From Chrysomallon squamiferum (lineage: Eukaryota; Animalia; Mollusca), in contig CM022670.1 of the NCBI GenBank assembly GCA_012295275.1, forward strand, positions 7,192,001 through 7,256,000: DNA of 64,000 nucleotides, in the 5' to 3' direction. The position numbers and the translations under genes are program-made. Of the stretch, positions 14,976 through 29,560 are shown piece by piece (positions within the stretch are counted from its first letter, which is position 1; each line of letters starts with the position of its first letter). Under the pieces are notes generated by a model. The model did no database searches. It worked only from the letters and a program-made list of their open reading frames with translations, and was not told the origin of the DNA.

Positions 14976-17784
14976 AATGACTCAGTTGTTTTGAGACAGA
15001 AAGGTGTGAAAGTGTATGTAACCAGGTGTAAATCAAGGTGTTTAAAGTGCGTGTTACTGGGTGTTGGCCAGGTGACGTCTGATTTGTCTGACACCTGAAA
15101 TGAATGTCTTTGTGTGAAGATGAACTAGGTGGAAAGATAACAGCAATTGGCATATTTGAAATGTTTATCAAGATAAAAAACAAAACCACAGAAATAAACA
15201 TACAAAATATAAAAAATAAACCTCTGCAAGATTTCTTTTCAAAAAACTAGAAAGATAAATTTTATGCCTTCCACTGCATATATAAATAACAAGTAAGAAA
15301 AAGATATATGATAAGAACAAAAAAAATCTGCTTTTGTTAAAAACACAATAAAGAAGAATTTAAAAGCTTCAAAATTAGAAGAAAAAATTAGAATATAAAT
15401 ATGCTATTAAGTATCTATAACAATAAAAATACAATAAAAGAAAATAATAATGTGAATAAATTTTATTTTATTTTCAATAAAAAATATATGTATTTTAAAA
15501 ACTGTAAAAATTCATGAAGAAAAACTTCACATTATTATTTATGTAAATATTATAATTCCAGAAACGAAACAAGATAGAAAGATATGTGTTCAGAGATTAA
15601 AAACAAGAAAAAAGAAAAACTGTTTCACTCCTGAAAAACAACAAAAATCAAAATACATATAATGGTGACCATCACCTGTTTGTTAAACAAAATAAACAAA
15701 AAACTGAATTTAAAGGATTCTAGAAATAAATAAATAAATAAATAAATAGTCTTTTGTTTAGAACAATTGCCAGAAGATGAATGGTTTCAGCATCAAATCT
15801 TTTTAATATACCAAATCAGTTATTTCCAATTATGAATGCTTGTTCAAACAAGATATATGTTCTCCTATTTATAGTGTATGATGTACATTAAATTCATATT
15901 GCTGCCAAATATTTAAATATTCCATATCATGACAACATGAAATTTCTTAAACAAATTTTATTAAATGAACAATGCCTGACAGTTGTCACTGTTACAAAAG
16001 AAAAAAAAAAAAAAAAAAGAGAAGAGAAAAAAAAAAAGAGTAATTTTTTTCAAATAGTAATATGTAATCAAATATATCCAGTCATTTAAAAACGGTGGTA
16101 TGTCTGAGCACATTTAATCTGACTTTTTGAAAGCTGTACGACTTAATCAGAAAACAAAGACAGGCTCACTCAAGTGCAGGTCATCTTCGAATCTTGATGT
16201 TTCTTACTACAATATTATCAGTTACACTCATGTGTTTCTATTTCTTCTGCCCAACTGGCCCACAATCAGTGGCTTACCTATCTGTCGAGTGGATCTGTCT
16301 TTGATATATCTCGTTGAAGTCAGAGGCTTTGTCCAGGAAAGGCATGCATGAACAGTCCTCAGATAAAAGCATGCTAAACATTACCCACACACACCCACGT
16401 TACAGGAGTACATTTTGATGAAATAGTTTTTGTCTAATCAACCTTAATATCCAGTTATGATCTAAATTTCAGATATATATATACAGGTGTAATGTCATTT
16501 GTAGCAATTTGTCATCAGGAAAAGGCAAAACTCCATGTCTTCAGAAAGTTCTGGTAAACCAGAGAGAGAGAAAATAACCTTCATTAATAACACTGAAAAG
16601 TTAAACAAATGCTCATTCATTTTTGTTTCTATGTAAATAATTTGCTCCTTATCATAATTAAAAAAAAAAAAAAACACAACTAAAATAAATAATTAAATTC
16701 ATATAAGCTTATAAAGTTCATGTTTGCTGTTTTGTCACTGACTAATCTCAGATTAACCCAGATTACCTTCTCACCAAACTAAACATAAACAAAGATAATC
16801 CTTAATAAGATGAAAAAAAGAAAAGGAAGAAGGAGAAATTGTTTTGTTTTTTGTGAGTGTGTAAACAATTACATTCAAAAACATAATTAATCCAGCTGAT
16901 TAAGCAACAGTTTGGATAATGATCACATTGAAGGTGGACTGATGATACCATTAATGATGATTCTGATTCTGATTGTGTTGATAACAATGATGATGAAAAT
17001 GCTGATAATGATTATGAAAATGGTAATGGGAAAATGATATCATAATGTTGTTTGCTATCATTCTAATAACTATAAATCTGTTAATATCCACAGGTCAGTG
17101 TTCATTAAGGCAATGACATGTCCAGTAATACAATGAAATGAATGAATTAACAAAAATAAACAGCACAATTGTTATTTCATGTAAGATGTCTTTTTCTTCT
17201 TCTTTCTGTTAACTAATATACAAAAAAATTAATTTAGATAGAATAAAGATGAGAAAGAAACATTCCTTTTCTGATTCTTACTCAATGACAGTAATTTGAA
17301 CTGAGGCTTTTATCTAGGTCAAAAGTCCTGTCCAAGTTTAATAAGAAAAAAAATATCTTGATTATCAGCAAAGACACTGGAGACCTCATTTTATCAGTGA
17401 CAACTTCTGCCATCTTTATTTTATCAGTGACAATAATTACTTTTATTTCAATAACAACATTCCATTTAAAAACAAGATTACATCATGCTTCTGAAGGTGT
17501 TGACAGACAGACAGACATTGAGGTGATAATTCTGTGACCACAGGTGGCAACAAGCATTCTCTGCAGGACTTTGTTAGCCTATTAACCCCCTGTTAACCCC
17601 TTAACTGCTGCCTTGTCAGGAGACAAGTGTGAAAATCAGCAGGAGTGTGGATGGAGGAATTATCTCGGTGGAGAAAGTAAGTTGATGTTTTGTGATTAAA
17701 CCTCTTTAGTCAGCTCAATGTGTAAACCATGTCAGCTGGAAAATGTGAGAACACTGGAAACACAGAGATGTAGTAACATGGATG

Positions 17785-17920
<136 letters not shown>

Positions 17921-20524
17921 CACACTGAGGGATGAGAAAGATACAGAAATGAAGATTAAAAAAATCTAGACAGATGAAAAATTGGAAAGTTGAAAATAAA
18001 TGAGTAGAAGAAAATCAGTGACATTCAGTAAATGTAATAAACAAAAGTGCAATTGAAACAAATTTGTTATTTGTGTCATTATTCAAACACACCATTCACG
18101 CATATTAATTTTTTTATATATATATATCATAAATCACCATTAGTGCACTTAATACTTCTAAAATCACACCAAAAAAAAAATGACATATGTACAGACAACA
18201 CAAATCTACAAAAACTGGTCAACAGTATCAGATGCATGGAAACAAAAAAATAAAATGAATATAAACAGTATAACATGGAACAAGAAACTGCTTATTGTAG
18301 TCGTTAGTATTTTCTCAAACTTGATGAGCCTCTGGTAAAGGTTATAAATATTTAACATGAAACCAAAGTCAAACAATAAAATGTGTATTTATGAAACCGG
18401 AGTAGCAGGTGGAAGTAATTTCAGTCAGTGTGAAACTAATGTCCTGCCTGCAACAAGAAGTCAACATGGATGAAGAATCACAAATGAGAGAAAAAAACCC
18501 AATAAAAATGGAAGAAAGATGTAAAGAATAACATGAGGCATTCTGGGAAATCTTCTTTCAGGAAATAATGGAGAGAAAAACAATAATGGATACTAAAAAT
18601 TGTAATAGAAATTTATTAAAAAAAATATATATATATTTTCTTAAATCTGCAAGAAATATTTTAGAAAAATATTTATAGTATAGGATTTATGTATGACAAT
18701 GTATTTATGTTTTTGTATTTGTGTTTGTGTTATTTTTAATATTTGAATATTAAAACAGAACCATGAAAAATAAGGATATATTTATTATTATTGAAAATAT
18801 AATAGGTTTACTTATCAATACTAAAATACATAAATAATTAAATAAATAACATAAAATTATATATTGTTGTTGTTGTTATTATTATTATTCACAAAATAAA
18901 CAGCATTTTTTAAAATTATCCACTTGTTTTTGACATAACCTAGTTACCTGTTTGGAATTTAGATCAAACAGAAAATTTACCTGAAAAATTGTTACCTGAA
19001 CATGACATAATAACTAATCGTTCTAAATCAGTCAGGTAAAGGTGCAGTGCAGTGCAGTATCCAATCTGTCACCTGTATGTCAAACTACCAAGTAGATGAT
19101 TGATTACATGCAGGTCACATAGGTCAAACATGTGTCTCTTTGTTTGTGTGTGTGTGTGTGTGTGTGTGTGACTATGTCTGTGTGTGTCTCTGTATATGCA
19201 TGTGTGAGTGAATGTACGCACAGTGTATATAAGTTCATGTATTTATGTACGTGTGTGTCTATATTTACATATGTCTATAACTACACATAAACGTGTCTTT
19301 GTTTAAGAGTGTCTGTGTGTATGTTTGGGTGTGTAATATTTATATTTACATAAGAAATTTATTACCTCCACCAAACACACACTTAATTAAAGGTCAGTGA
19401 CAAGGAAATGGCTTCTGTCTGCTGCTGAAGTAAACAAATGATTGTTTCAGCAGCATCAGCTACTTTGTTCTGTGTGATCACGAGTGTAGTTAATGTGAGA
19501 GTCGTCTTGTAAATCAAGTAAAATATAAAAACTGTTTCAGGTCACGCTGAATGAAATATGTTACAGTAAAAAGCATGTCACCAAAAACACAAAATCCTTC
19601 TCACATAAAATGTAAAAAAAAAAAAAAAAAAAGCATGTGTATGTAAGCATCAATTTAAATGTAAAATAAACCTGACAGTAAATGTAAAAAAAAAAATGTT
19701 TATATGTAATTTCACATTAAATGTAAAAGTGACATCACACAAAATACATTGTACAAAATCATTGTTGCATAAAATAACTTAGATAACTGTCATACATTTT
19801 AAAATCATCTCTGATGAAATTAAAAAATATGCCTTACAATAACTGTCAAATAAAAGTATATCAATGTACACCCACTTCACACAACTTAAAATATCCTCCA
19901 GTAATATATATATTTTCCCCCCTTTTTTTTCTCCCCACATCCTTCATGACCAAAAAAAAAAAATAATAAAAAATAAAATTATTTTGATACATGCACCAAA
20001 ATAAAATATAATACCTGCAAGGTTCATACGACTTGACACCAAAAAAAAATAATCCATCTTTCTTTTGTTTGCACCCTGAGATGGCTAATGTTAAACTGCC
20101 AACCAGCGGCCAGCTATCTGAGATATGCAATATGAGGTAGTGAGTAAACTTGTTTTTCCACCACCTGTCTTATCACTTGACATTCCAGCAGTGTTATCCT
20201 GACAACACTTTCACAACACAGCAATGTCCTCTCACAATACACAGGAATTGTGCACTTTGGACACCACAGTCCCACCCAGCCTGATAATATATATTTTATT
20301 TTTTTTTTATCTGACAGTCCTACACACCCTGTTAGTATATAGGGTGACAGTCCAAGCCACATGTGTTGTTCTTATACCCATCCTGTTAATATTGTTTTAA
20401 TGTTTTTTTCTTCTCATTTCAGAAATTTAAATTAAGAAAAATTTGGAATAATATTACTTTTGAAAATTTTAATAATAAAAATGTTACCCCCTATAATAAT
20501 AATAAACTAAATTATATAAAAATG

Positions 20525-20563
<39 letters not shown>

Positions 20564-21957
20564 GCACTTTGTTTATATATAGCAAATGACTTTAATGTAT
20601 TTTTTTGGAACTCTTAAGAAAGGAGTATTGTTATACATGTAATACAATATGTGAACATTTTTATATAAATGTTTTGTTACAATATCTATCAATCTATCTA
20701 CCTATCTGTATATATATATATATAGAAAGAGAGAGAGAGAGAGGACTGACCATCTTTGTAATGCAGTCAATGAATGAAGAAATAAATGAAGGAAAGAAGG
20801 AGTGAGTAAATGAATGAATTTATGAATAATGAATAAATATCTGGATATGCATAAAAAGGTTATAAATTATTTTCTTGATGAATCATTTTAATTCATAAAT
20901 TATTTAGTTATAAAATTACTTTCATTTCTCTTTTTAAATAAACTAATTCTCTAATGAATTAGATGAGAATCTATATTCAGCCTGATTTTCAAAGAGAATA
21001 TGTATTTTTACCACTTTTGTAAAAGATTCGAAATGTCATTTTAGATCAAGTTGTAAATACACACACCCACACCCACACACATGCATATGTACTATTACAA
21101 ACAAAATACACACACAAACACAGAGAGAACACAACAAACATAAATGAATAAATGTCATACACACACACACACACACATATATATAAGTTAATATACTTAC
21201 TAAGTTACCTACACAAATGAATATATTTACTGTGAAATACTTACTGTGATATATATACATACATATACCAGTTAATACACTATCAATATTAATGAATAAA
21301 ATTCTTTGATATAGACACAGTATATAGCTGTAAATGTAGAGAAGAAATCAATAACACAAGGAATGCTGTGTATCTAGGTCACAGTGTTTCGATCGATATC
21401 ATACACCTTCCCAAACATTGGTTTACACTCACTTTATAAACACAGGTAGAACCACACCTTTCGAAGATCCTTCTGGATCAACACTCCAGGTAGCAAGTAA
21501 CACAAAGGAGGTTACAGGTAAAACACACCAGGCAGTTAGGTAACAGGTAATATAAGGTAATACAGGATGATGTGAATTACGTAAGAGGTAATAAAAAGTA
21601 ATTTTAAAAGATAAATAAGCTAAAAAGTAATTTGAGGTAATTGAAAGATAAATGAGGTATTTGAGGTATAAAGTTTTTCAGCAGGTAATATTAAGTTAAG
21701 GTAAACAAAGAAAAAGAAGAACCATGCACTAGGTAACACATCTACAGAACAATAACTAAATGATACACCTAACAAAAACATGTAATTGTATACAGGTAAT
21801 GTTATACAGGTAAATGAATAATTTTTCTTAGTAAATAAATATTATATCTATTACAGACAGGATTTCACAATACAGGAGAAATATAATTAAAAAACAAACC
21901 CAAAATACCAGTAAAAACACACACACAAACACACACACACACACGCACACATGCACG

Positions 21958-21988
<31 letters not shown>

Positions 21989-24900
21989 ACATACACCTTC
22001 AAGCAGTGTGAGTTAAGAAAAACTAGGTATTACATAATACACACACAGTATGTGATACAGTAGCAGTTCACATCCACACAAAACAGACTCTGATCAATAA
22101 TCTGAATCTTCCAGGATCGATTCTCTTAAAAGCACCCACTGGGATATTTCCTGTTCCACCAGACCTCAAATATTAAACAAAAACAAAAAAATGTGCAAAT
22201 GAAGAGCCGATATCAGTGACAGAACTTGACAGTCTGATGAATAAAAGATAACATGATATCTACATTTTAACTACAGTGACAAACACTGGTAGCAGTTCAG
22301 ATTAACATTTTGGCCTTTGTTCTTATTTAAATTAATTGGCATGTGTTAGACAACACCCTGTCTGAAAACATGATATCCTCATACTTGAAGTGTCTCTCCA
22401 TTGTGCACCATGGTGATTGATAGGTGCATAGATCAAATCCTTGCACTTGCTTTACCCATGAATGTATCAGGAAAGTGTAAAGACAGTTTGGTGTTTAAAA
22501 CAAAATGAATCTTCTAACTTACTAACCTAAAACTTAGGCAACAATATTAATACATTAACCTGTATCTACCCTTTTGATACAAATCTTCTAAATACTATCC
22601 AAAAACATGAAAACTGATATGAAACTGTATTACTAACATGTCAACCACATTTCTTCTAACATACCAACCAAAATTGTGGACAAAAAAATATTATTTAATA
22701 CACCAAAAACCAAGCTTCTAACCTAGAACGTATGTTGATAACTGAGTTGTTTATCAAACAAACATTCTTTGTAACAAACAAAAAGTTTTTCTCTCTGTCC
22801 TGATGATACAGTCTGTGACAGCCAGGGTCAGAATATTCTCGAGTTCCAACCCAGCTCATTATAAAACTATTGAAGAGGTGACAAAAGAAGAACAATAGTG
22901 ACAGAATATGGAGAACATGAATTTTTGTGGTCTAATGCATGAACAGAGAAGATAGCTGTGCAATGTGGTGAAGGTATAAAGTTTAATATGATTGATGGCA
23001 CTGTCAGCTTTTATTTTTACATATTACATGGCATGCATTAAACTGAGTGTTAAATACTGGAAAATATTCTGTGTGTCTGATTGACATCATGTGCAACATG
23101 CTAAATATTTGACATTATGAATTATAAATGATGTGAAAATTCTATCTTGTTCACTTGATGTGAATTTTAGTTGTAAAATTCCACATGGTTGTGTCTGCCA
23201 TTATGAGTAACAAACGTGAGAATGTGAAACTACTAGCACTGGATGCCAATTACAAATTAGGTTTGTATAATGCATAAATATGAGATACAACATTTTTACT
23301 TCATGAATCATCAGTATAAAATTTCTCAATTCTATCTAACACTGGGATCATAGTACTGAAACGAACCAAGCTGAGTACGTGGGGCCAGCTTTTCAAGTTC
23401 ATCGTGACATGAATTCAGAATTTCTTTTTTTGCACCTCTCTTACAGTTTGCAATAACATCCAGAAATTTAAAATAATAATTTTAGTAAACCTGAGGTCAG
23501 TAGACAAAGCAAAGAGAAGCTAACAATCTCCAAAAACTCAAAAATGTTGCACAACTTCCCGAAGCATACGCCAGAATGTATTATGACTTTGTGTACCTTT
23601 AGTAGAAGCTGGTCACATATTATACTACTAATAACATTGTAACTCCTGTTTGAGAAGCCTAACAAGATAAACAGAATATCTCCACATTTCAACACTGACT
23701 GTGTTTTGATCCTCTGGAGATTAAGATGAATTGTACATTCACCTCACTGCCTCTCTCTTTCTCCAACTGTGTATAAATTACAGATTCCAGTTTCATTATA
23801 TTCTACTCAACACCAATTTGGACACGGTCATTTAATAGTCATTTAATAGCCACTTGATGGTCATTTAATGGACATTTAAAATAATTCCATAGAGAAGGAT
23901 CGTTCAGAGGACATAAACACTTTGATGGTCATTGTGGGGCAGTGCAAAAAATGTCAGCCATAAAATAAACTCAAAGTTTTTATTTAAAAACACTTAAGTG
24001 CAAGCTGATTCATTCTCAGTCATGAGCTACTGGAATTTCTGAAGTAGCCTTTAGAAAAAACAATCAGTTAAAGTTAATATTGTTTAACAAGTTGTTAATT
24101 TTCTATCATGTGCTGTTATTTGTTTGTTTGTTTGTTTGTTTTGTTTTGTTTGTTATTTTAATAAAATTTTACATATTTAAATTGAAATTTGTTTAATGAC
24201 ACTCTCCCAATAAAGAAGCTCTTAATTTTCTGTCATTATCTGAACAAAAATGTCAAAATGTTTGTTATTTCTACTGAACACTCTTTTTAGAAAATTTTAA
24301 ATACTGTAAGTTAAAATCAGTGGAGTTCAATGATGTTTGTGATTCATTTTCTGTTAGATGCTGCTCGTGTGAAATATTTTGTATTTCTGACAATTCTGAT
24401 CATTCAAGGAAACCTGATATTATTAAACAACAATACAAGTCCATGTAATGTAAATATTATATAATGTAAGTAATGACATCAAAGATTTGCAATATATATA
24501 TATACACATACATATATAGTAATACATATAGAAATACACACACACACACATACACACACACACACATACATACACACTGATACACATTTAACAGAAAGAT
24601 AAAGAGAGAAAATGTGAGAAACGGAGAAATATACTTTTGTTTTGTTTTTAAATTGATTTAGACTTTTACAAAGAATTGTTATCTAATTTCATGCCATCAG
24701 AACAAAGTAACGAATTTCTGACACTAAACATTTACATTTTATTATTAAGAATGAAAACAAACAAATAAAATAAAAAATAAAAAACAAGAAAAAAGTTTAC
24801 ACATTCATGTTGTAATAACAGCCTATCAGACTGTACTGAAAATGAGGCAACACACAAACACACGACCACACCCAACAAGAAACAGGAGGAAACATCTTAA

Positions 24901-27089
24901 TAATGATAATTTTAAAACAGACATGTATACAGCCACCTCTGACACACTCTAAACACAGCTATAAACAAAACCTGTTATTACTGTACGTGTTAATCTACCT
25001 ACGACTCACCTGTATAAAAACGAAACTGTATGTATTTCACTGCACAGTCAAGGTAAAAATATGGCTGCATTAACTCAGAGCCAGTTTAGAAACACAGTCT
25101 CCGGTTGACTGACAGATCAGGTATGTCCAATGCACACACAGAACACTTACAGGTACAAGCATACCTGGCTGGAAACACAGGTATGACAATCACTGACAAT
25201 TATCTACAGGTAAAAGAATGGATGGGTTATTCTGTTGTTTTGTTTGGGTTTTTTTTTTGTTCAATTCCTATAGAAATGTTGTGACGGCTGTTGAAGTAGT
25301 CACTGATTTGAGTCGTGCTGAGTTGAGCAATGTTGAGTAAACGCTCACACATTACGTGAAGCAGACGTTACAGGAAGCTGAGCCAGCCTTTGTGTCAGTG
25401 GTTTTATTTTTACATGAACGGATGTCGTTGTGACAGTATCGTGTCCTGTGATGTGCAATGCCGTAGTTGTTACAGGATGTGGATGATAATAAAGGTGGCA
25501 GTGATAATGATGATGCTGGTATAATATTACATTAATAAGTTAATTCATTAATAAATAAAAAAAAAAATAAATGATTGATTGACAATAATTTTAATATTAA
25601 TAATAATAATAATAAATAAATAAAAATAATAATAATGTTATTTTTGCTTTGGAAAATGTAACAGCATTATTATATTTTTTTTCAGTCACAACAGCAGCAA
25701 CAACATCAACAACAACAATGATAATGATAACAGTCATTATAACAGAGATGACAATAAAATAATTGCTTCATTATGACTTTCTTTCCCACACAACATTCAA
25801 ACCCCATAGCATTTTAAAATTTACAATAATTTCTAATTCTTAACTGAGGAAAAGTCATGCAAGAAATGGACAACAGTAATAATGATGACAATGTTGACCA
25901 CAGTACTTGTGCACTGGCCACACAAACAAGACAACAGTTTGTCCAGTTCAAACACTGACCTCCAGTTTTGATAACACCAGTCTTCATTTCAAATGTTTGT
26001 CTGTCCACACAACAAGGCTGCTGACTGCCTCTCCAGTTTATGACTTATTTCAACAAACTCACACACAGTCAAAAAAAAACAACAACAAAAAAAACACCTC
26101 ACAATCAATATTTAGTTTAAACAAGATTGCATTGATCTTGTCCAGGAAAGGCATGCATGAACACACTTGTTCATAAACCTCTTAACAAAGGAAAAAATTC
26201 ACTCAATAAATATTTAATAGAAAGGGGATTATTTCTGAAAACAAAGCAAATATGCTTGAACTTCAAAATGTCTGTAGAAACTCAAATGTTAATTAAAATA
26301 TGATGTAGGCCAAAGGTAGAAAGGTGACATAAGTTATTTATATGGGTGCATAAAAGAAAATGATAAATTTAAAAATGTCTCTAAGCATGTTTTATCGAAT
26401 AAAAATATGTATGAAAACAAAGAAAACAATTATTGATAAAAGACAGTTTGTTTTAAATCCAGAAACTTGACAGATTTATCTCTATGAGTTTAACTATCTA
26501 ACACCACAAGATAAATATTCAATTCAAAATATGGGCTAAAGTTGCAATTGTGTTCAGAACAGGCATACATAAACCTTTTGATAATGTTACCATAAGAAAC
26601 AGCTCAAAGCCTGATTTGAGGTCTTCATGATTCAGGATATTTTTAAATGTGTTATTATGTAAAACATATTTCTTATTAAGTAAAACATATTTCTTCTTAT
26701 ATATAGCTGATTCAGTTTTATGTGCAATTTTAATAAAATTCATTAACATAACCTTTCTGCTGTGTAATATAACAGATATTATGGCTAACACCCATCATGT
26801 TACAAGTAAAAAGAAGTTATTTTTCATTCACACCCAAGCGTGGAGTGTGTTTTCAGTAGAGTATCACATAACTCTTTGTCAGCCTGGGTGTTACTTTCTT
26901 ACACATTTCTTACTCAATTGTACAAAAACATTTTTTTATTTTTAAATAGATCTTACTCAACAAAATGTTGAGCAATATTAAACTTTTGTTTCACGATACA
27001 GATATCATTTTTTATTTTGATATATTAATTTTTTTCTTTTTTTTAAATAGATATTGTGTATACTGGAATTTCTTTCTTTCTTTCTTTTA

Positions 27090-27144
<55 letters not shown>

Positions 27145-27974
27145 TGTACTCTATGAATTTAGTTACTCTTGGCATTTAGTTAGATATGAACAGGAGGTAA
27201 AAATCTGTGGCTAAATGTTATACTAAAGAATGATAAACCTGGTAAGTTAGACTATATTTGAAAAAGACAGACAGGCAGACAGATGGAAAGACAATTTTTA
27301 CATAAAACAACATTTACAACAGACAGATTGATACATTATGTTATTTCAATAATAAAATGTTTTGTCAATTTATTTAATATTTATTCACTACCTGATATAC
27401 ATATATAATTATACATACACACATACACACAGACATACAGAGACATACATTATCATGCACAGACACATACACAGACAGAAAAGATATCACATACACAATG
27501 CATACAGAAACATACACATTCTATTTATAGAAAAATAAGAAGAACGAAAAAAAAAAAAAAACAGACAAAAATTACCAAAACCTCTCATCTTTAAATCTGT
27601 CTGGTCTTTCTTATATTAACACCAAACGAAACTCAAAACCCTCTCCAGAAATACACCATTCCCAGATAGCAATCTCTGCCTGCCAGAGTTAGTTTGTTAG
27701 CATTGTAAATCACTGACCAATTAAACAGTTAACTCAGCTGTGAGATAATTGATTAGATGTGCACATGCAAACCAATCTTACCTTGTGACATACTGATAAC
27801 CCTGGGAACATCGTCAATTAAAATCAATATCTATCTTCAGCATATTTCACCTGCCTGTACACACAAATATGTTGATTGATTACGAGAAAAAACAAAGAGA
27901 AAAAACCCTGTTGGGTGACCCTTGTCAAAGCATGGTGCAGCCTGAACTGAGAAATATGTGAGATGTCTGTAATC

Positions 27975-28625
27975 TGTGTTTAGAATGTTTCATCCAGACA
28001 CGTAAGGTCGCAGGTTCAAACTGTCTTGGTTCATTCATTGGGAAATATCCAATTCAAGGAAGTACTCAGTGAACTCATTCTTTTTTTTTTTTTTTTTTTT
28101 TTTTTTCAGTATGTAAATGATGTACAGTTTAATTTTTCTGACTATGGGTAGGTATTTAAAAAAGATCACTTGCTGGCTTCTGATAAAAGTAACTCTTGAC
28201 ATGTCAGCTGTGAGTAACTCTTGACATGTCAGCTGTGAGTAACTCTTGATGTGTCAACAGTGAGTAACTCATGACATGTCAGCTGTGAGTAACTCATGAC
28301 ATGTCAGTTGTGAGTAACTTGTGGCATGTCAGCTGTGAGTAACTCATGACATGTCAGTTGTGAGTAACTCTTGGCATGTCAGCTGTGAGTAACTCTTGAC
28401 GTGTTAGCTGTGAGTAACTCATGACGTGTCAGCTGTGAGTAACTCATGACATGTCAGTTGTGAGTAACTCTTGACATGTTAGCTGTGAGTAACTCTTGAC
28501 GTGTCAGCTGTGAGTAACTCATGACGTGTCAGCTGTGAGTCTTTTCTCTTTAAACGTCATCACATAAAAAAATTACAACTAACACAAGATGACTGTTGAT
28601 ATTAAATTGATTGATGTCTTATTCA
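27975..28625 (+). mobile_element. Decayed tRNA-derived SINE copy interrupted by a 25-bp minisatellite
   Basis: B-box-like GGTTCAAA near 28013-28020. Core-like 'aaaagatcacttgct' near 28160 is related to the reverse complement of the 'agcagcaa..ctttatat' words at about 31308 and 50078. Boundaries approximate. Confidence 0.5.
28188..28540. repeat. 25-bp minisatellite (AGTAACTCWTGACATGTCAGCTGTG)n, about 14 copies
   Basis: Head-to-tail units with no unique spacers. Confidence 0.95.
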
Positions 28626-28735
28626 ATTATTCTGAAAACATGTACAGTGTGAATTCTAAATAAGTTTAATAAATTTATATTATTTGATATTATTTAATTC
28701 ATTAATTAATTATTTTCATTGCTATTGTTGTTTTA

Positions 28736-28779
<44 letters not shown>

Positions 28780-29279
28780 CATAAAAAAATCTTGTTATGC
28801 TGCTTATTGTCTTTTAGGAAATGAAAGAGAAACCCTATTTTTTTTTATTAATATTTTTCAATTTTAATTATTATTTTAATTATTATTATTATCATTAAAC
28901 AGTTAAATACTGTCTGAATATGCAGACAGAAACTATTTTGCATTTTACAAAATATTAAACTCTAAACTACCTTTCTTAGACAGACCAAGATTGTTACCTG
29001 TGTGCTAGTTAGGTAAACTAGGTAAAACAGGTATTCAGGTGTCATCAGGTGAGATTAATTGAGATTGAAGCAAAAAGTCAGAGATAACAAACTTTAATCT
29101 TTATGTCATATAGGATTTTTAGATGAACTTACCATACAACATCAAAGGATGTGTGGAAAATATTATTAAAAATTTATTAAAAATTAAACTTAAATACACA
29201 TTTAGAGGGCAGTTGTATTTAGATTATTAAAATTTTACTGATATTGAAAATATTTTACAAGATTATAACTCAGTTTAAA

Positions 29280-29307
29280 GAAATAATAATAATAATAATA
29301 AATATTA

Positions 29308-29344
<37 letters not shown>

Positions 29345-29560
29345 GTTATTAATAACAATGATGATAATAATAATAATAATAAATAATAAATAATAATGAT
29401 GATGGTGTTGACGATGATGATGGTGGCAGTAACAGTTGTAATAACAGAAGTTGTGGTGATAGTAGGAGCAGTAGTAGCTGTAGCAGTAATAGTAATAATA
29501 ATAATAACAACAACAACAGCAACAGCAACAACAACAACAACAACAATAACAACAATTCTG
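29280..29560. repeat. Compound trinucleotide low-complexity tract (AAT/TAT/GAT/AAC)
   Basis: Seen directly. Similar tracts occur at about 1980-2320 and 3230-3590. Confidence 0.85.

Noticed and set aside
28188-28540. Palindromic repeats resembling a CRISPR array
   Set aside because: No spacers; a simple tandem array.
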